The position numbers and the translations under genes are program-made. A DNA stretch of 64,000 nucleotides from positions 62,343-126,342 of the forward strand of contig NZ_JAHYJB010000002.1 of the NCBI RefSeq assembly GCF_019429335.1. Reading direction: 5' to 3'. Under the pieces are notes generated by a model that did no database searches, had not been told where the DNA came from, and saw only the letters and a list, made by a program, of their open reading frames with translations. The stretch's first letter is position 1. Every line of letters begins with the position of its first letter. Shown here in pieces: positions 38,312-47,446 of this stretch. Source of the stretch: Sulfurimonas sp. (GTDB taxonomy: Bacteria > Campylobacterota > Campylobacteria > Campylobacterales > Sulfurimonadaceae).

Positions 38312-39201
38312 AACGAATAATCCTCCATTAAATCAGAATTTACACACACTTGAATTTTTACTATTGAACCGACAGCTTTAAACTGGAACGTACTTACGTC
38401 ATTCATAAGCACTACTTTTTTTGTGTTGGCATCACTATATTTTCCACCATTCCATGGCTGATAGTCATAGTAGAGCATAAGCGTGCCTGTGCTTGTCGAT
38501 GCATTGTAGTCAGTTATACCGACGGCGTACGCGGTCCATGCAAGCTGGTAGTACTCATATATATTTGCGCCGCTAAAATCAGTTGCCGTACTAGATTCAA
38601 ATTGAGTAGGTTCACCAGCAACGCTCTTTATTGGGTGCATAACGCTTGTGTTATGGTCGCTCAAAGTGCCACCGCCTATGGTCCAGCCGTATCCGTTTTG
38701 AATATCGCTGTCAGAGCCTACGAAGTAGAGAGCTGCATCATTAATGCCGCTACCACCGTTTGAGAGTACTCCTATTAGTGTATTTAGCGCTCCTGTGTCC
38801 GTTCCCGGAGAGGTTAATACAGCAGAAGAGGATGACTTGATGTCTATTATCCCGCTCCAGTGCGGTAAATAAACAGCTCCAGTGGGAGTATTGCCCCTAA
38901 AGCCGTCTACATCAGCTCCGACCCACTCCAAAATAGGGGCAGTTGCCGCCGTATAGCCTGGAAGTCCGCTAAATGTTCCATCAAGCTCTCTTGCTATGAC
39001 AGAGTCTTTTATGCGGTACTGCAGTCTTGAAGCTATAGATTCTACAGCCGCCGCGCTGTTTGCCTGCAGAGCGTTGTTTACACTTGAGAATATAAAGTTT
39101 TTATATGCTTGAGAAAGAAGTTCGACACCGTATTTGCTCAGAATTCCGATAACTACTATAACAAAGATGAGCTCTAAGAGTGTAAAGGCAGATTTACGCA
39201 T
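38287..39201 (-). CDS. Prepilin-type minor pilin (MshO/PilW-like)
   Basis: MRKSAFTLLELIFVIVVIG N-terminal methylation motif. Confidence 0.82.
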   Translation of the reverse strand: MRKSAFTLLELIFVIVVIGILSKYGVELLSQAYKNFIFSSVNNALQANSAAAVESIASRLQYRIKDSVIARELDGTFSGLPGYTAATAPILEWVGADVDGFRGNTPTGAVYLPHWSGIIDIKSSSSAVLTSPGTDTGALNTLIGVLSNGGSGINDAALYFVGSDSDIQNGYGWTIGGGTLSDHNTSVMHPIKSVAGEPTQFESSTATDFSGANIYEYYQLAWTAYAVGITDYNASTSTGTLMLYYDYQPWNGGKYSDANTKKVVLMNDVSTFQFKAVGSIVKIQVCVNSDLMEDYSLCKEKTIF

Positions 39202-39842
39202 CAAAATCTCCTCTTATAAAAATCTATCTCGCCGATGTTGGTGCTATAAACACTTAGCGCAGTAATATTATTGTCGTCAGAGTCAGTAACCGTAACAGTA
39301 ATTTTTTTAATATTATTGTCAGTCGCCCCTGTTTCATCAACATTTGAAATCGAAACAATACTGTAGTAATTGTTTTTATACCCTGTGGCATTTTTTGTAG
39401 CATCCGTAAAGATAAGTTCGCTTCCATGAGTAGCATCGTTTAAAGTTGGAAAAACTCCGCCTGAGGTGTTTGCAGGAATGTTTATTGCACTGCTATCCAA
39501 ACATCTTCTATGGTATGGCTGATTAACATGTCCCAGTCTTAGTCTGTAGTCGGGGTCAGAACTATTGTTTTCACATACACCGCCGATGTCTATTACTCTC
39601 TCTAAGTGACTGAGATTATAGTCATTCATAGAGTATGCATCCCAATAGTAAGATGTCGCTCCCATTAACTCTGCAGAAGCCGCAAAGATAGCCTCCTGAA
39701 CTATGTTCTCCTCGATGCCCTTTGAGGTAATCTGGGCCATCATAGGCAGAGTTATTACGGCAATGGAGATAACGACAATTGCAAATATGAGCTCTATCAT
39801 GGTAAAAGCAAATCTACCAAGAGCAGTTTTTCTATTTACCAC
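39201..39842 (-). CDS. Prepilin-type minor pilin (MshD/PilV-like)
   Basis: RFAFTMIELIFAIVVI motif; C-terminal KKITVTVT strand. Confidence 0.8.
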   Translation of the reverse strand: MVNRKTALGRFAFTMIELIFAIVVISIAVITLPMMAQITSKGIEENIVQEAIFAASAELMGATSYYWDAYSMNDYNLSHLERVIDIGGVCENNSSDPDYRLRLGHVNQPYHRRCLDSSAINIPANTSGGVFPTLNDATHGSELIFTDATKNATGYKNNYYSIVSISNVDETGATDNNIKKITVTVTDSDDNNITALSVYSTNIGEIDFYKRRF

Positions 39843-42800
39843 ATTATTCTCCTATTGGTTGTCGTTCCGTCTGGAGTTTTTGTAGTCGTGTCCGTATCAT
39901 GCTCCCCTGTCCAATCACCTGCGTTATCAAACTCAACTTGGAACTCATTTCTAGTAGCAAAAGGGTCGCTTTCGTTGTAGATGAGCCATGGAGATGCTTC
40001 ATTTTGCATAGTCGTTTTGTATGGGTAGCCTTTTGAACCGTTATATCTTAAAGTTGTTGTTTGTCGTATCGGGTTGGTATTTGTCACTGATGCTGTTTCT
40101 GTTACATGGGGTGTAGCAACCTTTTCACTAACAGCACCCACTATTCCATCATTTGGAAGCACATGCGCTTCATTTATATACCACCTTACGTCATCTGTTC
40201 TCATAAGATTTGGGCTAAATCCGTTAAGTAGAGTTTTGTCGCAGCCAGTTCCAAAACAGTAAGACTCAAAGTAGATGTTTGCATTTTTAACACAAGGAGA
40301 AGTAGTACAACTATATCTCTGTCTTGAAGCATGTGTGCGACCGTAAGCAAATGTAGCATTACTGTCAAGGGAATTATTGCCGGTAACGCTATCATTATCT
40401 TCAGCATCTATAGCTGTAACTACAACCATAAACGGGTTTACAACTTTTGTTAAATTTCTGTCAAAATTTATTTTGTAGTTGAAGTTCGCCGTTCCGTTTG
40501 TGTCGTTGCTGTCAAAATGTGTACTTAAAAATGGTATAACATATGGTGGTAGAGTTGTGTTTAAGTCTATCGAGCCATTAGTATCACCGTCATTATCATA
40601 ATGGTACCAAAGTAACTCTGTTAGTGAATTTGTAGGATTGATAACGATAGGCGCTAAAGCAAGTGTTATATTCCCATCCTTTGCATAACACTCCTGAGTA
40701 TAGTTTGAGGTAATGTTGTTATCTGCTTTTTGCGCTGAAACATTTAAGTCTAGCGATGCCGAAATATCACGGCTTAGAGTTGTGTTGTGCTCTTCAAAAT
40801 TTGAGAGGTATGTAAAACCGTTCGAACCGTTTGTTAGACCTCCTACTACCTCAAAATGGTCAGGGATTACTTTTATCTGTTGTGTATAAGGAGTTATCAG
40901 TCTATCTGCAGGATCTAGTGTGTCATCTGTATCTACAAGCGCAAATTCGTAACCCACTCTCTCTGCTATTGTCACATTAAAGTCGCCTACATTGTGAAGT
41001 GTGTAATCATCTGTGACTGCTCCATTTGTAAAATTAACAGATGGAGAGAAGTTGATGGAAGATTCTTGACATGTTTTAGAGCTATCGCTGATATTGACAT
41101 CGACAAAGAAAGAGTCATCCTCTACTTCATTATAGTTATTGGTCGGAGCACCTACGGAATTATCAGCTCTAAATGTAATAGTTTTAGGGTTACCCGCCGT
41201 AAAAATTTCATTAGGGGCTATTGTGGCATTGAAATCGTTTGGTCTGATGGCGAAGTCATCACTACTACATGCAGTTCCCGCATAAAAAGTACACATAAAA
41301 CAACCTAATGGACTATTAAACAATCCAGTTCCTGCCCCGTTGTTCTGTGATAAGCAAGGCTTACCGTATGTGTCGTTGATTGCACATCTCTCATAGGCAG
41401 TTTGACCGTATGCATCAACATACTGTACTGCACTATTTACACACTGACCAAGACCTTCTAAGTTTCCGGTAGTAGAACTCACTTCAACGCAGTTTTGAGC
41501 ATCTTCGTTTAATTTGCTTGTATCAACAATTATCATCTCTATTTTGGCATTTTTTGAAGCATTTGCAGGGATGATGACATCTTTTGTTTGAGAATAATCA
41601 GATGCTCCTGAGTCTTTAATGGTAAAAATAGCTTGCAGATTGGTAGCGGGATCAATGATTTGTTGCAGTAAAGATGAATTTGCAGACGGACATCCTCCTG
41701 TAGCATCTAAATCATTAAGCACCGGAATTGCAAACCATAGTTTTTTATCTACATCCCCACTTGAATTGTTATCATAATCTGCATTTACGCCAAAATCATT
41801 TAAGTAAACTGCCGTAAGCGGCGTAGTTTCAGATGCAATTTTGGTTTTAATAAACTTTAAACCTAAAGAACTGGTATCTGTACTTGCATTGTAAGCATTG
41901 CTTAAGGCAGCAGTATTAATGTTCGTATCAATAAAGTCACCATTGCCTAAGCCCTCTTCAATGTAACCTCCGCCTCCACCGCAAGAGCTAATCTTTTGAG
42001 CATAGTTCAAGCCATCTTTTGTATAAGAACCATAGAGAATGATATCGTCGAAATCACCGGAGGAAGACCATGTGTCTGAATCTGTTACAGTTTGATTTGA
42101 GTCTCCTGCAAAAGAGGGCCAAATATACTCATAGCCGCTATTATGATCGGGAAATCCGCTGATAGATCTGATAGATGGACCGTTGCAAGAGTCGCCGCCG
42201 GAACATGTTCCACTATTTGCATTTGAGTCATATATTTTAAAAACACTTACATTGCTTAGAGCATCACCATCTCTATTTACAATAGTCACTTGTGCATCAC
42301 AATCATGCGGTGTTTTGTTCGTTGCTGAGTAAAAAGCTCCTGCAAGTATACATTTTCCAGTGTTAATATTGTCTCCTGTTGAGCCGGCATAACAAAGTCC
42401 GTACTCACTATAAACAGAACCTATCGCCTCGCCATCGCTTATGGAGGCACCGTAAGCATTGTCTAAGAGAAGTTTAAACTTACCGCTTGCACCTGCTTTG
42501 ATGGTGACAGTAATATCTGCACTTATTTGCCCGGCAGGAACCATAAGCGTATTGTCAACAGCTATGTAGTCGACTCCAGCAACAGCAGTGTCGTTAAGAG
42601 TTTTGTAGTGTATGTAAGAGTCTGTTTCTATCTCTGAACTTAATGTTCCACTGAGAGTAACATTGAAAGTCATGATGGCGTCTTGTGTAGGTGACTGCAT
42701 GGAAGCATCAGCAACACTTACTGTTGGAACGGTAACATCATTGCCGCTACAAGGGTTTAGTATAACACGATAAAACTCTCCATTTTTGTAATATTCTGCA

Positions 42801-43237
42801 AATAGTTTAGTGGATGAGAAAAACTCACTCATCCAGTTGGTAAAAAAGAACTCACTTGTCCAAGTTTCTTGCACTTCTCCGTTAGACATTTGATGAAGAT
42901 AGTAGTTATACCCTTTATCAAACATTGAAAAATTTGGCATTCCCGTTCCAAAATTCATACTAATAAGTGAATTTCTTTCAGCGTCATCATCACCAACGGT
43001 AGCAGAAAAAGTGTTGCCATCTATGCCTATTGTCTCCATAAAACTAAAAGAAAAACCAGAAATTGCATAAATAATCTTTACATTTTCTAAGACAGTTCCA
43101 TTGTCTGTATGTTTTATTGGAATAATATTTTTCGTGAAAAAGAAGCCACTGTTATAAGGATTTTCATAACATAGGTCATCTGCATGAAGAGAAAACGTAA
43201 AAAACAAAACAATTAAAAAAGAGCGAAATAGATTCAT
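39836..43237 (-). CDS. Large exported adhesin-like protein with a Calx-beta domain, MshQ/PilY1-like tip adhesin
   Basis: Start MNLFRSF with GGAGG; signal peptide; Calx-beta-like TVSVADAS...YKTLNDTAVAGVDY; Cys-rich middle; C-terminal FAIRPNDF/IPDHF/YGR motifs reminiscent of MshQ. Confidence 0.7.
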   Translation of the reverse strand: MNLFRSFLIVLFFTFSLHADDLCYENPYNSGFFFTKNIIPIKHTDNGTVLENVKIIYAISGFSFSFMETIGIDGNTFSATVGDDDAERNSLISMNFGTGMPNFSMFDKGYNYYLHQMSNGEVQETWTSEFFFTNWMSEFFSSTKLFAEYYKNGEFYRVILNPCSGNDVTVPTVSVADASMQSPTQDAIMTFNVTLSGTLSSEIETDSYIHYKTLNDTAVAGVDYIAVDNTLMVPAGQISADITVTIKAGASGKFKLLLDNAYGASISDGEAIGSVYSEYGLCYAGSTGDNINTGKCILAGAFYSATNKTPHDCDAQVTIVNRDGDALSNVSVFKIYDSNANSGTCSGGDSCNGPSIRSISGFPDHNSGYEYIWPSFAGDSNQTVTDSDTWSSSGDFDDIILYGSYTKDGLNYAQKISSCGGGGGYIEEGLGNGDFIDTNINTAALSNAYNASTDTSSLGLKFIKTKIASETTPLTAVYLNDFGVNADYDNNSSGDVDKKLWFAIPVLNDLDATGGCPSANSSLLQQIIDPATNLQAIFTIKDSGASDYSQTKDVIIPANASKNAKIEMIIVDTSKLNEDAQNCVEVSSTTGNLEGLGQCVNSAVQYVDAYGQTAYERCAINDTYGKPCLSQNNGAGTGLFNSPLGCFMCTFYAGTACSSDDFAIRPNDFNATIAPNEIFTAGNPKTITFRADNSVGAPTNNYNEVEDDSFFVDVNISDSSKTCQESSINFSPSVNFTNGAVTDDYTLHNVGDFNVTIAERVGYEFALVDTDDTLDPADRLITPYTQQIKVIPDHFEVVGGLTNGSNGFTYLSNFEEHNTTLSRDISASLDLNVSAQKADNNITSNYTQECYAKDGNITLALAPIVINPTNSLTELLWYHYDNDGDTNGSIDLNTTLPPYVIPFLSTHFDSNDTNGTANFNYKINFDRNLTKVVNPFMVVVTAIDAEDNDSVTGNNSLDSNATFAYGRTHASRQRYSCTTSPCVKNANIYFESYCFGTGCDKTLLNGFSPNLMRTDDVRWYINEAHVLPNDGIVGAVSEKVATPHVTETASVTNTNPIRQTTTLRYNGSKGYPYKTTMQNEASPWLIYNESDPFATRNEFQVEFDNAGDWTGEHDTDTTTKTPDGTTTNRRIMW

Positions 43238-43379
43238 TGGGTCCTCCAAGTAAAAGCAAAAGCTTGACTTATTGATATTACATTATACTACCAGATGTAC
43301 TTAATAAGCGCTTAATGATTTTAGCGAGGCAAAGAGTTGCCGTGCTGTTAAATTATTTCTAAATCTTTTGAAAAAATAA

Positions 43380-43760
43380 CTACTTCTTTAAAAAATTAGA
43401 AATTTTTTCTGCAACACCATATTTTGTGGATTCTGAGAGGATGATTTGAGCAGCTTTGTTGTTGTCAGTGTTAAAAACCATAGGTCCTATAAAGTTTACA
43501 ACTGAATCTTCTATCGGTGATTGGATAAGGACAATATTTAAAATGATGAGATTTGAGTTTTTGTCTATGCCGAGCAGTTGTTGTGTATTGTCTGGAATTT
43601 CAAAGTCATAATCTATGAGAACAAAGGGATCAATCAGCGTAAAAGTTATATATTTGTCATCAACCGACTGCATTCTCATAAAAATATCGTCTATTTTTTC
43701 CAAGGTTACCTGTTTTACATTTTCAAAGCCTAAAATAGGTACACACACATCAAATTTCAT
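43380..43760 (-). CDS. fliW: Flagellar assembly factor FliW (CsrA antagonist)
   Basis: PILGFENVK, FTLIDPF, VNFIGPMVFN, AAQIIL. Confidence 0.9.
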   Translation of the reverse strand: MKFDVCVPILGFENVKQVTLEKIDDIFMRMQSVDDKYITFTLIDPFVLIDYDFEIPDNTQQLLGIDKNSNLIILNIVLIQSPIEDSVVNFIGPMVFNTDNNKAAQIILSESTKYGVAEKISNFLKK

Positions 43761-43882
43761 AAAAAGCCTTCTCGTATATTTTGTTAATTGTAGCACTTTA
43801 AGCATAAAATGTACCTAGTTTAATGAGTGTTATATATCTTTTAGATAAAATATCAACCTATTTATAAACAGGAATATATTTA

Positions 43883-44644
43883 ATGAAATTTAAAACTTAT
43901 AAGCTTATTGCTCTTTTGCCTATAGCACTTCTTTTTACAAACTGTTCAAAGAGCAGCGTTGGGGAGTATAACAAACCTGCTATGTATTGGTATTCCAAAA
44001 TAGTGGGAAATGTTTCTCGCGGTAATTTGGATCAAGCAGATTACTACTACAGCTCACTTCAAGGAGAGCATATAGGTTCTCCTTTGCTCCCAGAAGCTAC
44101 GATGATACTTGCGCTTGCCCACATGAACCACGAAGAGTATCTCTTAAGTGAGCATTTTTTGGATGAGTACATAAAGAGATATGCAACGCCGAATGAAAAA
44201 GAGGAGGCTGAGTTTTTAAAGATAAAAGCAAAATATAAAGCCCTTCCAAATCCAAGACGAGATCAAGCGCTTATAGACGAGGCAATAGAGCAGGGTGAGG
44301 CGTTCAAAAACAACTATCCAAACTCTATGTATGGCGAAATCGTAAACACAATGCTTACTCGTCTCTACCTTGCACAGTACGCGCTAAATGAGGAGATAGT
44401 AGACCTTTATGAGAGACTTGATAAGCCAAAAAGTGCAGCATATTACAAAAATGTAAATCCCCAGCCGTGGATAAAATCTGAGGAGATAAGCGGAGCGACT
44501 GCTCCTTGGTACCGCTCATGGTTTGAGGGAGACGGCACATCTAGCTGGTATGATTTTATGATACCTGATACAAAAAGCGTTGTTTCAAGAAACTCAATAT
44601 CAGAAGATGACGATATGGCGGGAGATGCTAATGAAGCTGAGTGA
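43883..44644 (+). CDS. bamD: Outer membrane protein assembly factor BamD
   Basis: Lipobox FTNC; TPR-like helices; YNKPAMYWY; conserved fliW/bamD-lon arrangement. Confidence 0.85.
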   Translation: MKFKTYKLIALLPIALLFTNCSKSSVGEYNKPAMYWYSKIVGNVSRGNLDQADYYYSSLQGEHIGSPLLPEATMILALAHMNHEEYLLSEHFLDEYIKRYATPNEKEEAEFLKIKAKYKALPNPRRDQALIDEAIEQGEAFKNNYPNSMYGEIVNTMLTRLYLAQYALNEEIVDLYERLDKPKSAAYYKNVNPQPWIKSEEISGATAPWYRSWFEGDGTSSWYDFMIPDTKSVVSRNSISEDDDMAGDANEAE

Positions 44645-47042
44645 TTACAGTAATTTTCCTGCAGATATACCGGTAATTGCCGAAGATGAGATTTTCTTAT
44701 ATCCGTTTATGATTGCTCCGCTTTTTTTAAGCGATGAGAGCAATATACAAGCAGCTACAAAAGCCATAGAAGAGGGTTCTTTGGTTATCGTCTGTCCTAC
44801 AAAGCCTACTCATGAGGGCGAGAGAGCATTTGAGTCTCTTTATGATGCCGGCGTAGCGGGTGCGATAATGAGAAAAGTTTCACTTCCGGATGGAAGAGTT
44901 AAAGTTCTTTTTCAAGGGCTTGCCCGTGCAAAGGTGATTGAGAAGATTTCAGAGAATCCTCTCATCGCACATGTAGATGTTATAAATGCTACAAATGTCA
45001 GCTCTCTAAAGATAGACGCAATATTAGAAATACTTCGCGAAAAAGTTAGAACGCTTGCAAATGTAAGTAACTATTTTCCGCCTGATTTGCTTAGAACAAT
45101 TGAAGAGAATCATGACTATAACCGTATTATAGACCTTATCTGCAGCACAATAAAGTTAAAAAAAGAGCAGGCTTACGGACTTTTTGTCGAGTCAAATACA
45201 GAGAAGAGATTTTTAGATTTGATAGAGCATATAATTGATGAGATTGAAGCCAATAAGCTTCAAAAAGAGATTCGCTCAAAAGTTCATACGCATATAGAGA
45301 AGGTAAATAAAGAGTATTTTCTAAAAGAGCAGTTAAAGCAGATTCAAAAAGAGCTCGGCAGCGATACCTCAAGAGATGAAGAGATGCAGGAGTACAGAAG
45401 AAAGCTTGATGCAAAGAAAGAGAAGATGAACGCAGAGGCTTACAAAGAGGTAAATAAGCAGATAGAGAGGCTTTCGCGCATGCATCCTGACTCTTCAGAT
45501 GCTTCTATGACACAAACGTATCTTGACTGGGCTTTAGAGATTCCTTTTGGAGATGAGAGCAAGAAAAAGCTCAAAATAAGCGAAGTGGAGAGCCAGCTGG
45601 ATAAAGACCACTTCTCTCTGGAGAAACCAAAGCAGAGAATAGCTGAGTTTTTTGCTGTCAAAGAGCTAATGGAGCTAAGAGGCGCAAAAGGAAATTCAGG
45701 TGCTATTCTCTGTTTTTGGGGACCTCCGGGAGTAGGTAAAACATCACTCGCAAACTCAATTGCTGAGGCTCTAAAGAGACCGCTCATTAGAATAGCGCTC
45801 GGCGGACTAGAAGACGTAAATGAGCTTAGAGGACATAGAAGAACTTATGTCGGCGCAATGCCGGGGCGTATAACGCAAGGTCTTATAGATGCTAAAAAAA
45901 TGAACCCTGTAGTTGTTCTGGATGAGATTGATAAAGTTGCAAAAACAGGAAGAGGCGATCCTACAGCCGCACTCCTAGAGATACTGGACCCAGAACAAAA
46001 CAGAGAGTTTCGCGATTACTATCTTAACTTTAATATTGACCTCTCAAAGGTTATTTTTATTGCAACTGCAAACGATGTGGGAAATATTCCGGCACCGCTT
46101 CGCGACAGAATGGAGTTTATCGGCATAAGTTCGTACACTCCCCAAGAGAAGTTTGAGATTGCTCAAAGATATCTTCTGCCGCAGGAGCTTAAAAAACACG
46201 GTCTTAGAAAATCAGAAGTTAATATCTCAAAATCTGCCTTAAAAGAGCTGATTCATAGTTATACCCGTGAAGCTGGAGTGCGTAACCTTCGCCGCCGTCT
46301 TGCAAATATGGCTAGAAAAGTTGCCCGTGAAATTCTTGAGAATCCTGAGGTTACTAAAGTCTCTCTAACACTAAAAAATCTCAAAGAGTACTTTGACAAA
46401 ACAGTTTTCGAGATAGAAAAAACAACAAAAGTACCGGTTGTTGGAGTAGTTAACGGTCTAGCTTGGACGGCAGTAGGCGGCGATGTTTTAAAAATAGAGA
46501 GTATCCGTATAAAAGGCAAAGGCACAATGCAGCTTACCGGCAGTCTTGGCGACGTTATGAAAGAGTCGGCGATAATTGCATACAGTGTTGTAAAAACATT
46601 GATAGATACTAAAAAATTAAAAATTGACGCTAAAAATATTCCGCTTTCTCCAAAAGAAATAGAGGACAAAATCAAAATTGACTCCAGTGAAGTTTATAAG
46701 CGTTATGACCTCCATATTCACGTTCCAGACGGAGCAACACCAAAAGACGGACCAAGTGCCGGCATAGCTCTTGTAAGCGCAATAGCTTCGATTTTAAGCG
46801 GCAGAAAAGTTCGCTCGGAAGTTGCAATGACGGGCGAAGTTTCACTTAGCGGGGATGTTTTACCGATTGGCGGACTTAGAGAGAAGCTTATCGCGGCACA
46901 CAAGGCGGAGATGAGTAAGGTGCTTATACCTGCAAAAAATTATGAGAGAGATTTAGAAGATATTCCTGATGAGGTAAAAGAGTCTCTTGAGATTGTTTCA
47001 GTAAGCAGGATAGAAGAGGTTTTAAACCATGTTTTGGTTTAA
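44631..47042 (+). CDS. lon: ATP-dependent protease La
   Basis: GPPGVGKTS, RGHRRTYVGAMPG, LDEIDK, PKDGPSAG (catalytic Ser), IGGLREK. Confidence 0.97.
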   Translation: MKLSDYSNFPADIPVIAEDEIFLYPFMIAPLFLSDESNIQAATKAIEEGSLVIVCPTKPTHEGERAFESLYDAGVAGAIMRKVSLPDGRVKVLFQGLARAKVIEKISENPLIAHVDVINATNVSSLKIDAILEILREKVRTLANVSNYFPPDLLRTIEENHDYNRIIDLICSTIKLKKEQAYGLFVESNTEKRFLDLIEHIIDEIEANKLQKEIRSKVHTHIEKVNKEYFLKEQLKQIQKELGSDTSRDEEMQEYRRKLDAKKEKMNAEAYKEVNKQIERLSRMHPDSSDASMTQTYLDWALEIPFGDESKKKLKISEVESQLDKDHFSLEKPKQRIAEFFAVKELMELRGAKGNSGAILCFWGPPGVGKTSLANSIAEALKRPLIRIALGGLEDVNELRGHRRTYVGAMPGRITQGLIDAKKMNPVVVLDEIDKVAKTGRGDPTAALLEILDPEQNREFRDYYLNFNIDLSKVIFIATANDVGNIPAPLRDRMEFIGISSYTPQEKFEIAQRYLLPQELKKHGLRKSEVNISKSALKELIHSYTREAGVRNLRRRLANMARKVAREILENPEVTKVSLTLKNLKEYFDKTVFEIEKTTKVPVVGVVNGLAWTAVGGDVLKIESIRIKGKGTMQLTGSLGDVMKESAIIAYSVVKTLIDTKKLKIDAKNIPLSPKEIEDKIKIDSSEVYKRYDLHIHVPDGATPKDGPSAGIALVSAIASILSGRKVRSEVAMTGEVSLSGDVLPIGGLREKLIAAHKAEMSKVLIPAKNYERDLEDIPDEVKESLEIVSVSRIEEVLNHVLV

Positions 47043-47056
47043 AACCGATTTAGATA

Positions 47057-47431
47057 TTAAATTGTAATCGAATCTATTTTCTGCATTAACTCCACACTTC
47101 TTATAGGCTTCATTAAAAAGTCATTAGCGCCAAGTTCTAAAGCCTCTCTCTTTTTAGTCTCATCTGTTGTTAAAACTATAATCGGAAGCTGCTCAATATT
47201 GTCGTCTGAGCGGACAACTCTCAGAACTTCTAGTCCGTTCATAATAGGCATGATAATATCTAAAAGGATAAGACTTATGTCAGATCTTGATTTGATATGA
47301 GTTATTGCATCTGCTCCGTTTTTTGCCTCTATCACCTCTTTTACATCTGGATTCCTCATTAGCATAGACTTTAAAAGCTTTAGATTTATTAAATCATCGT
47401 CGACCGCTAATATTATTAACTCTTTTGACAT
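47057..47431 (-). CDS. Single-domain response regulator (CheY-like receiver)
   Basis: LAVDDD, LILLDIIMPIMNG, DFLMKP. Confidence 0.9.
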   Translation of the reverse strand: MSKELIILAVDDDLINLKLLKSMLMRNPDVKEVIEAKNGADAITHIKSRSDISLILLDIIMPIMNGLEVLRVVRSDDNIEQLPIIVLTTDETKKREALELGANDFLMKPIRSVELMQKIDSITI

Positions 47432-47446
47432 CTGTTTTTTCCCTTA

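Noticed and set aside
43320-43350. Hairpin ggcaa-agag-ttgcc as a c-di-GMP riboswitch for the pilin operon
   Set aside because: It lacks the GEMM two-hairpin architecture and lies upstream of the predicted -10; more likely the fliW terminator region.
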